From Lophium mytilinum (taxonomy: Eukaryota), in NCBI GenBank assembly GCA_010093605.1, contig MU004182.1:2403195-2467194 (forward strand): a stretch of DNA of 64,000 nt. The letters run 5' to 3'. This document shows positions 37,822 to 49,270 of the stretch, piece by piece. Position 1 is the stretch's first letter, and the number at the start of each line of letters is the position of its first letter. A model generated the notes under the pieces. The model was not told the DNA's origin and did no database searches. It was given only the letters and a program-made list of their open reading frames with translations. A program made the position numbers and the translations under genes.

Positions 37822-38907
37822 CTACTCGAGAAAATGCACTTCCGGGAATTTTTCACTCTCTCCTGTCAAGAACGCATCAACCCTCCCTCCAAAAGCCATT
37901 TTCACAAACGCTGGCACATAAGATCCCAATATGTCCATCATCCTCCCACCTCCAATCTGCCCTATCAGTTCAGCCGCTTCCGCAGGCAAATTCTCCACGC
38001 CGCCCAAGACGTCCGCAAGCACTGGCCAGTCGCTGAAAGAGTAATGCGCACTCCCCACCAACTCCAGCTCGGTCTTCCAGCCACCCAGATGCGGCCAAAG
38101 CTCCCCCAAAGTGGGATCCGTCGTGCGGTTCTTTCCTTCGTGGCCGAAGAGAAGCACAGGCTTCTTCGTGCGAGCATTGACGGCCGGGCCAAAGACACTA
38201 CCATCCAGGTTCAAGGCGCCCAAGATACGAGGATCACGCAGAGTAGCAATTGCAGCGGCGCCGCCGAGGGAGTGGCTGAAAGCGACCGCCTGGATCGGGT
38301 TTCCCGGACAGCTTTTCGTGGTATGAGAGAGGTGGTCCAGAACGAAGCTTAGGTCCTTTGCTCGGGCCTCGATGGCGAGTGGTATCTGGTCATCGGTGAG
38401 GTTTAGTCCGAGGACGGTCTTTCCAGAAGGGAATTCGACGATGTCGGTGTCATAAGGGTGGTCGACGATGATAATGGTGTAGCCTTTGCTGGCGACGGTG
38501 GCGACGAGGGCGTTGTAAAGGTGGCGGGAGGTCCCTAGAGCTCCGGAGAAGAGGACGACCTTTTTCGTGCGTTGGTTGGAGGTGGCCTTGTTCTTCGATT
38601 GGCATACTTCGATGGAAAGACCGGGGAAGGTGCCTTCTGGAACTCCATACGCTGCGAATTTGGCATCTTGGTATGCGGCTGTCAAGGGTGGCATGTATGG
38701 GGACGAAATTTCTTTGCAGCTGTGCTCAACTGGTTCGAATATTGATACCATGAAAGTGCGGTGTTGGGGCGTAGGCGCGAAGGGGTCGAGACGAGTGCTG
38801 TCGTTGAGTTGAGCGCAAGTGATAGAGACGGGGAATTGACCGAGCGAGATTGCGTGAACGGTGGGGGACCATGATGCCAGCAATGAAAGAGCGAGGAAAG
38901 AGAGCAT
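37822..38907 (-). CDS. Secreted PAF-acetylhydrolase-family alpha/beta hydrolase
   Basis: Signal peptide MLSFLALSLLASWSPTVHA, RLDPFAP, VVLFSGALG, VDHPYD, nucleophile elbow SHSLGG, NLDG and HYSFSD. Intronless. Confidence 0.87.
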   Translation of the reverse strand: MLSFLALSLLASWSPTVHAISLGQFPVSITCAQLNDSTRLDPFAPTPQHRTFMVSIFEPVEHSCKEISSPYMPPLTAAYQDAKFAAYGVPEGTFPGLSIEVCQSKNKATSNQRTKKVVLFSGALGTSRHLYNALVATVASKGYTIIIVDHPYDTDIVEFPSGKTVLGLNLTDDQIPLAIEARAKDLSFVLDHLSHTTKSCPGNPIQAVAFSHSLGGAAAIATLRDPRILGALNLDGSVFGPAVNARTKKPVLLFGHEGKNRTTDPTLGELWPHLGGWKTELELVGSAHYSFSDWPVLADVLGGVENLPAEAAELIGQIGGGRMMDILGSYVPAFVKMAFGGRVDAFLTGESEKFPEVHFLE

Positions 38908-39587
38908 TCTGACTTGGTATGTTTGAGAAGACGGTGGAAAACAGTAAAGAGAGGTGGCTAATGAACATATCAACAGCAGCTATCCATCCTTTTATAGGTG
39001 TCGAAGTCAAGGCAGACTTTCAAGGTGGGGATTCCAATGCTCGGCCTCAGAAGTTTGCAGCTTCATCGAGCAATGTTCTGGCGTCTTGCACAGACATATG
39101 GTAGACACTGAGTAGACTACGAAACGGCCCGTGGTACGCCAGTTGAATACTACGAGGTCTGTCACGTAATGGTGGAGGACACTGACATATTAACAGTCTA
39201 CGAAGCTCCACTTTGATGCCTTCTTACGGCGATCCGGCACTGCTAGCTAAAGATGTTGGTAAATCGCCATCGGACGGTTCCTGTTATATGCCAATTACAC
39301 GGTGGTGACGAAGCGAGTACATGACTCGTGGCCCAGCGCTCGATTACTTCTATTTCGTGCCTAGTGCTTGACAGAAGGCTCGCGCATTGACAATTGATAG
39401 ATGAGATTTTCAAAAGGACAGCCGAGTTGACTGAACTTGACCGTCCGTCAACCCGCAGCACAGACCTGATTCTCTCCGAGCCCCAGCACAGCCCAACGTG
39501 CCCGAGTGGACCCATAGATGCGAGGTGCGCCTATATAATACCCTTTCGAGATGGTGTCTGCCAGGCCTACTTCGAAAGGAAACGCGA

Positions 39588-41231
39588 ATGATGTCGCTTC
39601 TCGGTCCACTCGACAAACGCCTCCTAGTCCGACGCTGTAAAGCGTGCCAGCGGAGAAAGATTAAGGCTTGTGAACATGCTGAACATAGTTACGTTCCCCA
39701 TCGCTAATGATCAGTAGTGTTCCATGCCAACGCCCTGCACGTACTGCGTCCGCACATGTCAACCATGCGAGCCTGCATCCGGCGCCGGAGCAGGACGAGA
39801 GCCAAGAAGCAAAGCAGTAGTATTTACTCTGCCTCAAACAGGCGCAAAGCCAATTCGAAAAGGGGGCAAGACACTAGACCAACATGTTCTGCTTTCTCCC
39901 ACGGTTTATCACGTGGATCTCTGGCCGGATTCGACCGACCAACACGTCTCCCACTTCTTCGACGTCTTTCTCGCTGCAAATGACTTCAGTGGAACATCAT
40001 GGAGAAGCCTACCTATTTCCCTGTCAGAGATGATAGCCGATTCAAGCGCGCTGAAGGATGTAGCTATTGCCTTGGCCGCACTTGACTGTAGCCGCAGGCC
40101 ACATTCCGCCCCAACGGCAGAGCGGGGCGTCAGTCTAAGGCAGACAGCGCTATCGTCGTATTCGCGCGCACTGCAGGAGGTCAGGGTGGAGCTGTCGACG
40201 CCGAATCAGCTAGTTGCGCGGGAAAGCACAGTCTGGGTGACTTTTTTCCTAGGTATATTCGAGGTATATACCGGCCAAACCAATGTTCAAAATAAGATGT
40301 ACTAGACGCTAACTGTCATAGCTCATGCTCGAATCCAACGAGAAGAATTGGGAGAAGCATTTTCTATACGGCACTTCGCATCTTCTACAGGTTCAAGGCC
40401 CGAAGTGCTGTGGTACAGGCAGAGGCCGGGAACGGTTCCTGGCGCTGCGAATCTTCGAGATCTCGCGCGCACTCATCTATCAGAATACCACGTTTCTTGC
40501 TGAGCCGGAGTGGCTGGAGCTAGCTCAGCAGTTGAAAGAGGAAGATAGGGAGGGTTGGTATCCGAAAGAGGCGATGTATGACTTGATGCTCTCCTGCTCG
40601 GTTCTTTGCACGCGGTGAGCAATTCGCAGCTTTCCGCATAGCGACATCCTTGACGAGACGCTGATAATCTCGAAGAGCTACCTACTACGCGGATGCCGTA
40701 GAAGCAGCCTCAGAAACCCTCGATACCTCCGATGGCTTCGCCGTCATCACAGAAGGTCTATACCTCCGCCGCTGTCTCTCTGACTGGTACCACCAAATCG
40801 AATGCCGCCTCCCAACCGCAAGAGACCCTTCCACCCCCCTGCAAACCAACATGGAACTCCTAATCGCCTTAATCTACTACCACGCCCTCTCCATCTTCCT
40901 CTCGGGCTGCTTCGACTACCGCCTGTCCTGCTTCCCCGCCCCACCCGCTTCCCTCCCGATCCTAACCCGCACCCAAGTCGAACGTCACCTAGCTTCAATC
41001 CTCTCCTTGACCGAGCTCGCACTCAACAAGACCTGGCTCACAGGTGTCGCGTTCCTCTTCCCCCTCCGCGTCGCCGCGGCAAGAGCGTGGTCCGCCGCGG
41101 ATCAGAACGAAGTGGTGCAGCGCCTGCGCAGCGTGCGGAGCAAAGGCTTCTCGATTACCAACCTGTTTGAAGAAGAGGTAAACTGCTTGTGGGAGGAAGG
41201 GGGCATGCCGGACGGATGGAAATGGGCCTGA
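39588..41231 (+). CDS. Zn(II)2Cys6 transcription factor with fungal-specific C-terminal domain
   Basis: Spliced CKACQRRKIK|CSMPTPCTYCVRTCQPC gives six Cys. Also VTFFLGIFELM, WEKHFLYGT and RIFEISRALI...TFLAEPEW. Three introns; the first needs a GC donor. Confidence 0.82.
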
Positions 41232-41326
41232 TTATTTGGCCTAATCAGGCTTTACTTTTGCTCGCTAGACACCATTGTGAGGATTGGTCCAACTAGCTTG
41301 TAGCTGCTCCGTAAGAAGGGTGTCTA

Positions 41327-41443
41327 ATATATACTGTACCATCTTTACATCTTGTTCGAAGGGTTTGAAATGACACGAGCCACCTCATACAGCGGCGTCT
41401 AAGGAGCAAAGTGACTGTTTAAACAAACCATTGCCTCTATATA
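41327..41443 (-). repeat. Right inverted-repeat arm (reverse-complement copy of 37611-37732)
   Basis: The reverse complement of 41371-41414 matches 37643-37686 at 40/44. The flanking words TATATAGA, AAGATGTAA and CAGTATATAT are also conserved in order. Confidence 0.9.
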
Positions 41444-41965
41444 TTTAAATTTCAAAGTCTACATCCCTTGCGAAAGAGAAAATCCTGTAAGTAATAATGC
41501 AGTATAAATTGAGCACCCTTTTTCAGGAGCAGCTACAGGGTAGTTGGGCTAATCCTAACAGTGGTGTCTAGCGAGGAAAAGTGAAGCCCGACTAGACCAA
41601 ACATGTTTTCCCTCTGAAATGCAATTATACAGACCTGGGTGGAGAAAGGATCGGAGTGCCTGAGGCGGCTAGCGTTGGGGCCAATCGGGGTTAGTCGGCT
41701 CCGAATGGTAGACTTCCTTACCTCGAACCACGACACCACGTCCACAATCCATCAAAATCTTGAATACCATCACCGGCCTCACTAAGCCCTCTCTGTGAAG
41801 CTAGGGTAAATAGGACGGTCTATTCATCACAGTTCTTAGAACCCCAATACCATTTCATCACCTCGTGCCACAGAGAACACGGGTCTCCTATCAGCTCTCA
41901 AACGCAGAAAGCTTGACAATCTTGCCTCAGGTTCACAGCTACATTTCGACCATTTCTCAACGATT

Positions 41966-42871
41966 ATGCAAGATCTTTCTAGCCAACCTATGGAATTAGA
42001 TCCCCTGGAGCCCATCTCGAAGCAACCAAGGGCTCATATAGTGAGCACAAACACCTCGGAATCATCTACCAGCTCTTCCAAGTGCTACTTCTTTCGACTT
42101 CCAACCGAGATACGTCTCAAAATCTACTACTATGCTCTTCAACACCCTCATGGCGACTCAGATCCTGCTTGGCTCAGTCCTTTCAAGCGGCCAATCATCG
42201 AAGTGCTTCCACCAGACGTTCGGCACAAGAAAGACTCCAGTGAGGTCGACATGGGAATCGTGTACTGGGGCACCGAACTCATGACTCGGCTTCTGAGAGT
42301 CAACCGTCAAATCCACTCGGAAGCCGTTGAAGTCCTGTACACTAAATTCGTCTTCGACTTCAAGAACGACTTGGCCAACGCTGCGTTTCAGTTCCTTACG
42401 ACCATCCCGCCAGATACCGCTGCTATGGTTCGCAGTATTTACGTCAAAGTCTCCATCGGATGTCCTGAAGACGAGATCGTACCCCAATCATGGATGACTC
42501 CCCGCGTCCGACCCTCCCTCGATTTACACCCTGGATGGATTGACATTTGTAAAGCCATAGTGGCACGACTTCCAAAGCTGCGAAATGTGTACGTCAGAGC
42601 TATCCTCTGGCACAAAGTGATTCTCCCAATTCGGATGACACAGTCACAAATGGAAATCGCCATCATGGATATCCTCGATACATTCTCTAGCATAGAACAC
42701 GTCCAACTTCTTCCAGCTCTTCACGCCTGTAGCAAACTGAACAAGAGCTATGCCGAACTGTACAAGGCTGTCCAGATTTGCCAAAAGAAGCATGCAGACA
42801 ACAGAGTCTCTCTGTCAAGTATGTTCAAGGAGATCTTCGACATGGACAAGCTCTTGGGTGAGGCTTATTAG
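41966..42871 (+). CDS. Hypothetical protein with fungal F-box-like N-terminal motif
   Basis: FFRLPTEIRLKIYYYAL and LLRVNRQIHSEAVEVLY, typical of expanded F-box-like/2EXR-type fungal families. Intronless, 301 aa. Confidence 0.75.
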   Translation: MQDLSSQPMELDPLEPISKQPRAHIVSTNTSESSTSSSKCYFFRLPTEIRLKIYYYALQHPHGDSDPAWLSPFKRPIIEVLPPDVRHKKDSSEVDMGIVYWGTELMTRLLRVNRQIHSEAVEVLYTKFVFDFKNDLANAAFQFLTTIPPDTAAMVRSIYVKVSIGCPEDEIVPQSWMTPRVRPSLDLHPGWIDICKAIVARLPKLRNVYVRAILWHKVILPIRMTQSQMEIAIMDILDTFSSIEHVQLLPALHACSKLNKSYAELYKAVQICQKKHADNRVSLSSMFKEIFDMDKLLGEAY

Positions 42872-43276
42872 CCTCCGTTATCAGCCAGGATGTCACTACG
42901 GTGAGCCTTAATTAGTGACTGAAGCGAATGGAGATGACCGGGCAGCAACATAGTCAAGCCGTTCGAGTGCTCAATTTCTCGTCTACTTTTGATATTCGCG
43001 AATGATTTTCACTACAGTACTAACTGTTAAGTTTGGGCACTCGGATATAAAAGCACTATAGCTTCACTTTTACTTGCTAAACGCCACTGTGAGAATCAGC
43101 TTAATTAAAGTGTACCCGCTCAGTGAAAAGGGTGACCAACATGCAATGCATCATTGTTCCCATATATTCTGGAAGTTTGAAGTCTCATAGAGGAACCTTT
43201 AGCAGTACTGATCAGGTATGCCAGACTCATTCAAGATCTGCGCCTGAAAACGAGGCACCAAACCATATATGGTCCC

Positions 43277-43740
43277 CTTTCTGATTCCCGACCTCCACAA
43301 CGTCACATCATGGGTCTATTTACTTCAAGTAACTCAGGGGTGTCACCACCCGCTACCAACACCCCCAAAGCACGCTCAGAACTGCTGCAAATCGCCATGT
43401 GACAATGTACGCATCGAATCAAGCTCACACCATTTCCTTCCATCTTATTTCAAAACCCGAAACTATTACACCGTGTCTCTCTAAACTCTAATTAGCCCAG
43501 GGGGTCACAAAACACTACTCGCACCCACAAACTCCACTCAACACTCCCGCAAACCGCAACGTGAAGACTTCTACATCGATCCAAGCTATCCAAAGCACAT
43601 CCTATTTCCTCCTTTCTGATTCCGGACCTCGAGAACATTACACCATGTTTCTCCGGACTCTAGGTAGCACAGTAGCGTCACAAAAACGCAACCAACTCCC
43701 CAACATCCACGACCCACAGCTGCAAATCGCGCTGTGAAGA
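43277..43740. repeat. Degenerate direct repeat, 335-bp offset
   Basis: CTTTCTGATTCCsGACCTC at 43277 and 43612; GCTGCAAATCGC at 43384 and 43719. Both pairs are 335 bp apart. Confidence 0.7.
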
Positions 43741-44354
43741 AATAGGCACTCAGAATACTTCAACGAAAGGTCCTGAAATAGCGGCCTCAGCACGTCATAA
43801 TCACAGAATCGCACTCGCAAAGCCATGCCAAACTCACTCCAGCGTAGACTCACTGCCCCCCTACCTCTCAACGCAACACCAACACTTCACAACCTCACAC
43901 AAACAGAGGGCAAGACTCCCTAATACCAATCATAATCTGTTGGTTTTATTTGTCTGCTACAGAAGAAGCCTCCTCGCACATCATTTTTTTGCACCGAGTC
44001 AATTATCTCATACTTCCGTCATTACCGTCCCCGACAAACGCCCATGCCCATGCAAAGACCGCCCACCGAAGGAGAGCCTATAGCCGTCTAGTCATGAAGC
44101 CATACCAGAAGGAAAGCCAAATACCGCTTGCCAATGCATATGCAGAAAGAGCAACCTTTCTAGAGACACTAGTCCGAGAAGTGCAGAGTAGAAGAAGAGA
44201 AAAGTGGGTGATCGAGACACATTCGCGTAGTACAGGAACGGGGGCGTAGCTGTACGTGAGCGAGTGCGACCAAGACACCGAGATATAGAGCGCAAGACAG
44301 AGAGCAAGAACCGAGAGCAAGACCGCTACAGAGGTGAAGATGCTCGCAGCCTGT

Positions 44355-46958
44355 CTATTTCAAGCCAGCTTTGCCAGACTTGACGGTGTGCTCGATAGGC
44401 TTCAGGATGCCCTTGTTGTCCAGCGCCCCGAGAGCCATGCCCTTGGTCCAGCCCATCTTCTGCAACAGCGCGTGGCCTTTGTTCCCCTCGCCGATCTCCG
44501 GGGCACTGGCGCCAACCACATCTCCATCCCTGTACGTGAAGGTGGGTTTAGCGACGTTTCTGGGGCGGGCAGCACCCTTCGGAGCCTTGGGGTAGTTGTT
44601 GAGGAAGCGGAACTTGTACATGACGCTGTTGAATTCAATCTCCCGATAAGGGCGAGTGCGGGTGTTCTTCGAGAGGTTTATGAAGCGATCCTTGCCGGCG
44701 CCGACCGATTTCGTAGTCAGTTCCATCTTCTTAGCGAATCGATGGATGTGGGCACGCTCATGGGCTTCCATTGGTGGCAACGCACGGCTATCAAAGTTAG
44801 CAGCGAACGTAGAATGGACATCGTGAAACAAACCTTTGATGGTCGGAAATGAGGAACTCCCGAAGCTCCTCCAGAATTTCTACCATCGTAAAACCCTCGC
44901 TGTACTTGGTGGCAAGGTCGGCCTTGTCCTTGTTCTTCTTGCCCAAAAGTCCTTGTGCTCGCAGCTCTTCGCGATCCTTCTTGTACTCGGCCTTCTTGCG
45001 GCGATCGGCTTCCCAAGTAGACCTCATCTGAGCCTCCAAATCGGAGTCGGATATCTCCGCTGGGAATTGGCCACGGCGACCCTTGGATTTCTTCTTCAGA
45101 CTCGGTCGTTCCGTGTCCATGACATCGAACCCACCGTACGGATCTTGCTCGAGGACATCCGCCATGAGAGATGCTGAAGGGAAGGCTCCCCTGGCGCGGC
45201 CTCCCCTCTTTCGAGATCGGCTGGATGAGGCAAAAGCCGACTTCGTAAAATAGCCCTCCTCTTCTTTCTCCATGTCCTCATCCATAGCAGAGTCATCATC
45301 GAACAAAAGGACCTCTTCAGAACCAAGACCAAGCTCCTCTTGTTTTGCCAAACGACGAGCGATTTGTTCGTCCGTCATGCGCTCGAGTCTCCGGGCAATC
45401 AGGTCTTTCTCGTCCTGGAAATCGTCTTCATCATCTTCGTCGTCGCTGGAGTCGAAGTCGCTATCACTCGATTCCAAGGCTTGACGCTGAAGCTCCTCCT
45501 TCGCTTGAAGCTTGGTCTCGAAGTCCCAGAGAAGCGTTATGTCGTGTTCCGTGGTGAGGTAGTTGGCAGGGAGCCATCTGGCATCGTCCGTGAGGCGCCC
45601 GTCGTAGACGACAAGGTATGACAGGCCACTCTTTCGAGTTCTCTTGGAGAGAATACGCTCAACGGGGCCTTCGACGTCTGACGAGGTGCTGTTGTTGTCG
45701 AAATCGTCAAGCATCACAGAGTTCCAGTCGTCCGGATCGGCCGCATTGTCTGGCTCTACAGTTGCTGTCTCTTGGACGACGGTGACGGTGGTTTGCTGCT
45801 CAGCGGGCTCCAGCTCCTCTGATTGCCAGCCCTTCCCGTCCTCTAGCGCCAAGGGGCGTTGCGCAAAAGCAGAATACTCCTCGAACTCTTCGTCCTGTTG
45901 TTGTCGCTTGATATTAGCCATGTAGTCAACGAGTGCAGCGTTGTCAAGGGCATCAGAGTCGTAAGCCCGCTTTGGTTTCTGACGACGACCTTCCAACCAG
46001 CCAATTCCCGGCTTGCTCTTGTGCTCCCATGGGGTTGTACCTTTGGCCCAAGACGGTGTATCCATGGCATGATTGCGCAGCAGCAGAGACGGAACCTCGT
46101 CGTCGCTCTCCTTTGTGCGAGCTACTCCCTTGCCTTTTGCGAGGCGGCCTACTGTGTGGCTGGATGGCTTCGCCACCGTCGGAGGCGGGTTGGCATCCTT
46201 GGGCTTTGCCTCAGGCTTCTGGGGCTGAGGGACAGACTCGACCGGCTGAGGCATGGGGCGAGTGATGCTTGGCTGAGCTGAGGAGGATGGGACAGCGCTG
46301 CTCTGAAGGTTGTTTCTGCCTTTGAACAGGACCACCTCTTCGCTGGAATCCGAAGGCGTCGGCGACGCGGCCCTCACAACCGGAGGCGGGATGCCCGTGG
46401 GAACAGGCTGGGCGCCAGACATGTCGATGAAGAAGGCGGCGGGGGCTGCGTTGGCCATTGGCGCCGGTGTGTCGTCTGCAGGTGTGTGTAGAGTGGGTGG
46501 AGAGTGTGGGGTGTCGGGGGAAGAAGAGGAGTCGGACTGCAAAGTCAAGCTCGCCATGGCAACATCGGGTGTTGACGACTCCGCCACGACGTCAGGCTCC
46601 TCTTTCTCGCCTTCATCCTCATCTTCATCTGGCGTGTCCTCGATCCCCTTTGGCTGGTCGCCATACAAATGGCCAGCGCTCACGAAGTTTACTTGCTTGG
46701 ACCGCAGCTTCTGGTCTGTGTTCCAGAACTTGGGATTCCGCGCCGTGTTCTGGGCTTCGTCGGCGAGCGTGAAGCGTGACGGCTTCTGGGATGCTACAGA
46801 CTACGTTTAACAGGGTGGAAACATGGGCATGAAGAGTGACATTTACACGGCGCGAAAGGACTCAAGCCGCTGCTCTGTCCGTTTCTTGGGCCTCGAGGCA
46901 CAGAGGTAGGTGGACCTTTGGCCTTCGGGCGAAAAGCTGCCCTCTTCTTTCTCGACAT
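44355..46958 (-). CDS. SQS1: R3H and G-patch domain protein, SQS1/Pfa1-like
   Basis: KLRSKQVNFVSAG near the N-terminus, DPYGGFDVMD, R3H (LPPMEAHERAHIHRFA) and a C-terminal G-patch (NKGHALLQKMGWTKGMALG). Two introns. Confidence 0.88.
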
Positions 46959-47527
46959 GGTCGAACTACACGTTGATGGCGAGGTGCAGGCGGCGATGAT
47001 GGAGGACGACAAAGCTTGTCGTCCACAATTCGGAGTGACTCTAGCACACTTATCGATAAAGGCCGGCCAATAAAGGCGACGCCTGGTGCTTGTTCTCGTT
47101 GCACACCTCACTACTGCCCTTTGATCAGCGCTGTATAGAACCAGAGAAGTCAGTGTATGTGATAGAGCTGCGTGCTGCTATATCCATGACGGGCTCAAGA
47201 GGCTGCGTTCTGTGTGTCTTGAGGCAGCTCTGATTAGAGATGCGAGTTGTCCCATGGAATGCCCCTCCAGCCGACAGGCAGCATATGACCGATGACACAG
47301 CCCTGCCCCAGAGCTCCAGCTCCGCAACACCACCGTCTATTCACCCGTCGCCATCTGCCTGCCAGCACAGCTCCTTCTACTAACCCCGTATATGGATACC
47401 TACTTTCCTAGACATAACTGACACTCTTCGGCTGCCTTGATAGCCAACGCCGCATGCCACGACTGCCCTCGCAGCTTATCCTCACTCCCGCCCCTCCTCC
47501 GAACTCGCCCATACCACACGACGCACC

Positions 47528-49270
47528 ATGAATAATGTAGAACGGGTAGGCAGGCACATAGTCCGCACTTTTTACGACCCCGCGCCCGTCAACGACGACG
47601 ATGCTCCGATTTGGTGTCTGGGCGTCCGCTACGACTCTAAGCCTACCACCAACGGTCATCCCTCTAGCCCTCCCGTCCAGAAGAGCCCCCCGGTTCAAAG
47701 GAGCCCCGAGCCCGCCACAAAAGTAGAGGAGGAGCAAACCCCGGCGGTGGAAGAGGACAGCTGGATTCATGCCAAATGCGAGGAGCCCGTGAAACAGCTA
47801 GAGATCCCAAAACCCATCGTCGACCCCGCCTCCGCGAGCGTGTACGGCGGATGGCCGCAGGATTTCCTGGACGATTTCGAGTCGAGGATATGGATGACAT
47901 ACCGGTCAGGCTTCACGCCCATGCCGCGGTCGCAGGACCCAAAGGCCACGGCGGCGATGAGCTTTCGGGTACGGTTGCAGAATCTGAACCAAAGGGGCTT
48001 CACGTCTGACACGGGCTTCGGGTGTATGATCCGGTCAGGGCAATGTATATTGGCAAACGCTCTGGCGAATATTAGGCTAGGGAGAGGTATGAGATCTATC
48101 AAAGCTTGTGGAGCATAAACTAACTTGGTATTTGTAGCATGGAGACGCCATAGTCCCTCTACCGACGAAGAAGAGAGCCGCGTACTATCACTATTTGCCG
48201 ACGACCCCAAAGCGCCCTTCTCCATACACAAATTTGTTGAGCGCGGAGCGATAGCATGTGGCAAATACCCTGGAGAATGGTTTGGGCCTTCGGCAACGGC
48301 ACGCTGTATACAGTGAGTTATACACCACTCTTTTCTGGACCAAAGCTCACATATCTTAGGGATCTTGCAAACGAGCACAAGGAAGCCGGTCTGCGTGTTT
48401 ACATTACCGGTGACGGCTCAGATGTCTACGAAGACAGCTTCCTCGAGATCGCCAAAGACGAAGACGGCACATTTCACCCAACCCTGATATTAATAGGCAC
48501 CCGGTTGGGCATAGACAAGATCACACCAGCATACTGGAACTCCCTCAAAGCGTCGTTACAAATGTCCCAGTCCGTGGGCATCGCCGGGTAAGACTTCTTT
48601 CCCACCAATATTGCTTCATCTTGAACACAGATTCTAACAAACCACCAACAGCGGCCGCCCCTCCGCCTCCCACTACTTCGTCGGCACCCAAGGCAACTCC
48701 CTCTTCTACCTCGACCCCCACAACACGCGCCGTTTCCTCCCCCACCCCTCGCCCCCCGCCTCCCTCGCCCCCGAAGAAGTCGACACCTGCCACACACGCC
48801 GCCTCCACCGCATCGACATCAAAGAGACAGATCCGTCAATGCTGGTCGCCTTCCTCATCAAAGACGCCGCCGACTGGGCCGACTGGCGCGCCACGGTGCA
48901 GGGCGCGCAGGGCAAAGCCATCATCCATATCGCGCCCCAAGCGCCGCCTCGCACAGAAGAGCGCGCGGGCGCCGTCGACGAGGTGGAGAGCTTTGACGAG
49001 CACGACGAGGACGAGGGCAGCGACTGGGGCGAGGCGAGCGCGGCGGTCAGCGCGAACACGGAGGGAGAGGTTGTCGTCGAGAGGCCTGTCGCAGAGGCGC
49101 CTATTATGGTTAATACGCCATCTGTAGAGGCGCCCGTCATGGTCAATACACCTTCCGTAGAGACGCCTATGATAGTCCATACGCCGTCCGTGGAGGCGCC
49201 TGTCGTGGTCGACGCACCAACTCCAGAGGCACCCGTAGTCGTTGACGCGCCTAGGAAGCCGGAGTCGTAG
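47528..49270 (+). CDS. ATG4: Autophagy cysteine protease Atg4 (peptidase C54)
   Basis: [16 protein letters not shown], catalytic [27 protein letters not shown] and catalytic YLDPH. Three introns. Confidence 0.95.
49084..49252 (+). repeat. Coding 33-bp (11-aa) tandem repeat, five copies, in the Atg4 tail
   Basis: [55 protein letters not shown]. Confidence 0.9.

Noticed and set aside
39227..39236. CGG-N4-CCG in the hydrolase/TF divergent promoter
   Set aside because: A plausible Zn2Cys6 site, but such triplet pairs are too frequent to support alone.
44078..44320. 80-aa hydrophobic ORF behind SQS1
   Set aside because: Non-ATG start, built from GAGCAAGA low-complexity repeats in the likely 3'UTR.
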